This document shows, piece after piece, positions 58,801 to 64,000 of a stretch of 64,000 bases of DNA. Position 1 is the first letter of the stretch. Each line of letters begins with the position of its first letter. A program made the translations under genes and the position numbers. Origin of the DNA: Phoronis australis (Eukaryota; Animalia; Phoronida); NCBI GenBank assembly GCA_002633005.1, contig NMRA01000102.1:449511-513510 (forward strand). Reading direction: 5' to 3'. The notes below the pieces were generated by a model. It saw only the letters and a program-made list of their open reading frames with translations, was not told the DNA's origin and ran no database searches.

Positions 58801-61800
58801 TAAAGTAGTGTTCCACATCATTAAGCTTCTTCACATGAAAACAGGAGGTTAACCACCTGCCATGTTGTGAAAGATGTCCTGTCTCAGTGTCTAAGTGATT
58901 ACATAAGTTCACTGCATAAAAAACATACCCTGGCCATTACTGCTGTAGCTGAGTGAATTCTCTGCATTTAGAGAGTGACCGAGGTCATCGCTTGACTCCG
59001 AAATTGTCCGACTCTTCTGTTTAAGGATACTTTGTAGCTTTGGTGGAGTCTTATTATGAATAACTTCCACAGAAGTGTCGGAGAGTTCATCTGACTCTTC
59101 TTCAGCTTCAGCTGTCTCAAGTGGTTTGGCAGGCTGTGAAAATTTTATAATACACCCTGTTGTGAATAACAGCAAATGTAATTGGGAAAAATATGATTTC
59201 TCTCGTAAAGACGACTACAGAGTGGTTATCTTGCGACATAAATTCAAATTACAAGATACCATCTCCACTTTTCTAACTTTTAGGTAAATTCTCCTTTGTT
59301 CATGGTAGAAGGCAACTCACGACCATGAATTAAGCTTGCAACTTGTCGTCATGAAATGGAATTCTGGCAAAAGCTATTAATCTTCCATCCTCATTTAAGG
59401 ATATAATCACACCTTAATCAGAGGTCATTAATGACTATAATGTAGGTGAAAATGTCTTATTAAACCTCAACATTGTGCGTCATCAATGAGGGAGGAATTA
59501 TAGCAACTTAGGATTTTCACTTGTTGAAAATATAAAATGGTGCTGTTTCAGTCATTACTTTAAAAATATTAATTGTATTGTACCAGTACACACCTAATGG
59601 AAGTTAGCGTGCTCAAAGGAGTGAAGATTAGTGCGTGGCAGAAATTATGTACCATAATTTCCCACTACAATGCCGAAAACTTTGCAACTGATATGAAAAT
59701 AAAGTCAAATGCTCAAATCAGAAAGTGTGAACAAGAGTCTCTTCTTGAACAGTGATGGACATACAATGAATCTATCAGTGATGGACATACAATGAATCTA
59801 ACAGTGATGGACATACAATGAATCTATCAGTGATGGACATACAATGAATCTAACAGTGATGGACATACAATGAATCTAACAGTGATGGACATACAATGAA
59901 TCTAACAGTGATGGACATACAATGAATCTATCACTGCAGAAATCTATTAATTGTCCAAAAATGGTCATAACAGGGCTGGGCTGTGTTTACTTACACAGTC
60001 CAACTGGAACAGTTATATGTCTAAGAGCAGGCTTCACAAAGAAGGGCTTTCACTGAGCTTGCTGTCAGTTTCACATGTTTTAATGTATTTGAACGACACC
60101 TGTGATTTACAACCATCTGCAAAATTCTAAGCCACATGCAAACTAGTTACCCCCTCCCAAGCCCAAAATGGTAAGCAAACAACATGTCTTCACTCTGAAT
60201 GGTAACTAACATGTCACTCTCTCACCTGTATGCTGACTGTCACACCTTCCTCATCAAACTTAGTCACCTCAACATGGGGAGCTGCCTTGCTCTGGCTGGG
60301 TTCTGCCTGACCCTCCACAGCTGCCTTGAGGTCTTCCATTATGTTGGCCTGGGTCATGAACTCCTTTTCCTGAAACAAGTACAAAGTATTTAATGCACAC
60401 ACCACACAACTAGCAAACTGGATAATTTTATAAAAATGGTGCTTAATATTGCTATTTTCCACAAAAATAAGATTTTGACTTATAATTTTCAATGGCAAAA
60501 TAACTGACTGAGAGTAAAGGAAACCTCTCAAGAATTATTTTGTGACAACTATACTGCACAAACCTTAGCTAATGAATATACTAAAATTATACTAAAATTT
60601 CCTTAATATTTATTTTTGTAAAGAATTTCAGGAAGTATGTTTGTGCTAGTAAATGTCAGTATGGAACGCCTCCCTATATCATTGTGCTAGCAAATGTCAA
60701 TACAACAGACTGTGTATCAATTTCAATTTCTAGAACTAAAACTCGGGCATTGAAATTTTGCAACCCTCTTTACAAGTACTCATATGTAAAACTTGGCTTG
60801 TGGCCATTGTTTAACTTCACTGCATCTGTTCATGACTCCAAACCAGCTAGGTCTTTATGTTCAACATATAGCTATGACCTTTATTATACCCACTCTAGCT
60901 CGGATTCATTGAATAATTGGTTTTAGCTAAGTGCTGTTGTCTGCAAGGCCACTGAACTAGACAATGGTATAAAGATAAGATTTACAAGCAATTTGACTCA
61001 AGGTTGAGCCTAATTCATAGTTCATCAATTTTAGAATTTTATTCAGAAGTGCCTCTAAAATACATGTTCACTTTTACCTCTATGACGACACCCAAGTACT
61101 GGAGCTCATTAAAAAATTTCTTTTAGTTATGCTCTCCTAATATTAACAACAATCTGCAATCCATCATATACCAAGTACAATTAGTCCTACACCAGACTTA
61201 AAGAGAATTACCTTCCAACTGGTACTCAACCACTGTTCAAATTTCAGTAGAGAAGAAATAAGTCTTGGCAAAGCAGTGAGATAACCAACAACCTCTATAA
61301 ATACAGTGAACAGCCATTTTGTCACAGTATGCAACATTGCTTGAATTGCTTCTCCAATGCAGCATCAGAAAACTATTGAATCTCACAAGTCTGCAACACT
61401 CGCTCATTGCATGTTGACATCATTTCCCCCAGACACACCGATATTGCACATACCTGTCAATATGGAAGTTGCTCTTGGCAACCAGGTGAACAAGTTAATG
61501 ACAAGACGTGCCTGGGGATTGGGCTGATGGATGGTGTCTTTGGCTTTCATAAACAAATTAGTTTTTCCGAAAAGTATCCTTTTAACAATAATTCATTTGA
61601 TTTCTGTCAGCAACAGTGCATTGGTGGTCACAAGAAATTAAAACCTCAGTCACAGGCAGGAGTAAAAAATACATAAAAAATACATGAAGATTCATTGTGA
61701 CAACAAGTATGCCCATTTATGTTAATATTGCTGGCATCATCGGTTTCAACAAGTGGGTCAAATTTCAAATGAAATTTTGAATTCTTCTCGATCACTGCTT

Positions 61801-64000
61801 AAAAATGCTGCAGTTTGCCAAACTTGTTCAAAGGAATACCTAGAATCTATTTTTATGAAATTACTCAATAAATATCATAGCTCACCACTTTCATGTTGTT
61901 CCTACTGCTATTTCCTGAATGTACAAACTGGGAATTTTCTGATGTAACATCACAGGGAAACCAATCCCTCAGCATGTGGCATTTTGTTATTGGAATAGAA
62001 GTGCTGTTTTTAACTAGGTCAAGTGCACTGCCTGACACACATTCTAACCAACTGGTCACCATATGTGTTTGTCAATCACTGTGCTAGGTCAGTCTGTGTC
62101 AAGTAAAATCAATATTGTTTTTACAACAACAACATAAAACAGAAACTTATCAGTGTTAAAGGTAATGTAAACAATTACCCTTAACTGTTTGAGTGAATAG
62201 TCATTCTTCTAATTAATTAATATGAATTATAACAATTATAGGGTGAGTCAAATTAACTCATTAAGCTGCTCAAGATAACTCAGTGAATTATGGCAATGTC
62301 TACAACACTAAACCCCAGAACACAACAGGAGGTCGTTACACTCTTTCAAAACTAGGCACCCAAAATACATAAAATCAGACATGGCAGGTGTGTAACGGCC
62401 AGTGTGTAACGTATGGCAAATTCTTCACTGACTTCACCTAAATGCTAAAATTGTCAGTGTTAATTCCATTCCTATTACTTTGCTCCGAATTTAGCAAATG
62501 TTTACTTTTAATATTAAAAAAAAAAACAGTACAAACCAAGCTGAACATAATTTTTTTTAGTCTAAAGTTATTCGTGTGGACAAAATAAAATTTCACTATG
62601 TAGTCCGCCACCGTGCTAAATAAGTGAAGAAAAATAGTGTTAAAAATTTGATCTGGGGGTTGTTATCACAAGCAAACTGCATAGATGGAGATGACAACCA
62701 TTTAATCTAGGGGTTGTTACCACAAGCAAACTGCATAGATGCAGACAACCAGGATGGACATGTTTGCACAAGATTACCATTAGAACAACGATAATGACAC
62801 TGCATTGTATGTTACTCACAAACACCGAACTTTTTATGGGTTAACAACAGAATGTGTCAAGCTTTGGCTGTCCTGGGCAGTACCAAACCTTTGGCTGTCC
62901 TGGGCAGTACCAAACCTTTGGCTGTCCTGGGCAGTACCACGCCTTTGGTTGTCCTGGGCAGTACCAAGCCTTTGGCTGTCATGGGCAGTATAGGTCTCTA
63001 CTAGTAATCAACATACACATCTACTTAGCACTAATTGCTGGCTTTTGAAATAGCCCCACTATACTGAAATACCCTATCCCACCAGACAGCGATTATGTCT
63101 TTGGTCGACCTGCGCCACCTACACATTCTACGTAATGCGGACAAGAGGTTTTAACCCACCAACATAAACAGATGCAGTGAGGTGTACCAATGGCTTACAC
63201 AAAAAGGTTAATCTCTTGATATATCAATGGATGAAGGATATCATGTTCCACAGATTTCCGACTGCAAAATCAAAGCAGCAGGAGACATTCAATTGATGTG
63301 AAAATGCTTGAGAAATAAATTACTGAACTAAACCTAATTAAACAAGGGAGGGGTTAATGAACCACAATGTTAATAAACCAATATGTTAATGAACCACTAT
63401 GTTAATAAACCAATATGTATTACATGAATTTCTGTGCCCCAAATCTGAGTTGGGATCAAGTAGAAGTTGCTTTCACGGTCTCATTACTCAAGAGAGCACC
63501 AATGTGAAAAGTCAGCTATCATATTGCATATAAATCTCAATATTCCACAGTACAGGATTATGGCAATTCATCATTTATTTACGGCACATGATCAAAAAGT
63601 GAAATTATATTTTGTCAAATTTCTCCACAAAATAAATATGGAAAAATATAGTCTATTGCTAGCACGGTTAGTGTAGATGCCATTAAATAACATTCCGTAA
63701 AGTTTCCATAATTAGTAGCAAAATAATTAGCATTGGAAAAATGGAAAATGACCAGTTTTGACATTTTATGCAAAATAAATCGAGAATTAGCACACTTTAA
63801 ATACACAGGATGGTCAGTTTTTATATAGGCCACAATTTACATTCTTTACAACATAATAAAATGAGTTCCTCTTACCTCCAGGTCATGTTCGTCCAAACCA
63901 GCGAGGAATTTATGCCAAGTGGCCTTTTCTGACTTGGGGAGAATGACGACAACATTTTGACTAGACACATCAACACTGCATCCATCTTGAGCCAAAGTGC
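55821..64000 (-). CDS. DNAAF2: Protein kintoun / dynein axonemal assembly factor 2, 3' exons; gene continues beyond the window
   Basis: Exons: 63876->64000 (DGCSVDVSSQNVVVILPKSEKATWHKFLAGLDEHDLE), 60226-60369 (EKEFMTQANI), 58929-59133 (QSILKQKSRTISESSDD), 57084-57449 (RRSVSFS..KNKRRRQKKR..RRHSS), 55821-56263. The C-terminus HKTQCAFEFDNTVMFDLD* matches the conserved kintoun tail. Phases are consistent. Confidence 0.88.
57692..58748. mobile_element. pogo/Tigger-like non-autonomous DNA transposon, about 1.06 kb
   Basis: Perfect 24-bp TIRs ccgtattcgccctaataagcgccc / gggcgcttattagggcgaatacgg. TA on the right flank and CA (mutated TA) on the left. Confidence 0.88.
59750..59933. repeat. 26-bp minisatellite x7
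   Basis: Unit cagtgatggacatacaatgaatcta(t/a). Confidence 0.95.
62862..62990. repeat. 27-bp minisatellite, about 5 copies
   Basis: Unit ctttggctgtcctgggcagtaccaaac. Confidence 0.93.

Overview
AT-rich, intron-rich animal genomic DNA, most consistent with a lophotrochozoan such as a mollusc (taxon is inference). The window has two N gaps (25543-25927, 47087-47763) and a single N at 32619. Four spliced genes can be assembled by hand with phase-consistent GT-AG junctions: (1) the last 3 exons of a PhnW-type 2-aminoethylphosphonate transaminase (+); (2) a complete 16-coding-exon DRC7/CCDC135 (-); (3) TTC27 (+), head-to-head with DRC7, with one internal segment probably lost in a gap; (4) the 3' part of DNAAF2/kintoun (-), tail-to-tail with TTC27. 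Introns hold a decayed L1/Tx1 LINE, a decayed DIRS retrotransposon, several MITEs, L2 tails, tRNA-derived SINE remnants and many minisatellites. The most striking signal is a Helentron/DINE-like family (six or more copies) whose ~150-bp internal monomers each carry a co-oriented CTCF-consensus-like motif. A second signal is repeated tandem duplication across splice sites, including four in-frame CAG|GT acceptors in the phnW gene.
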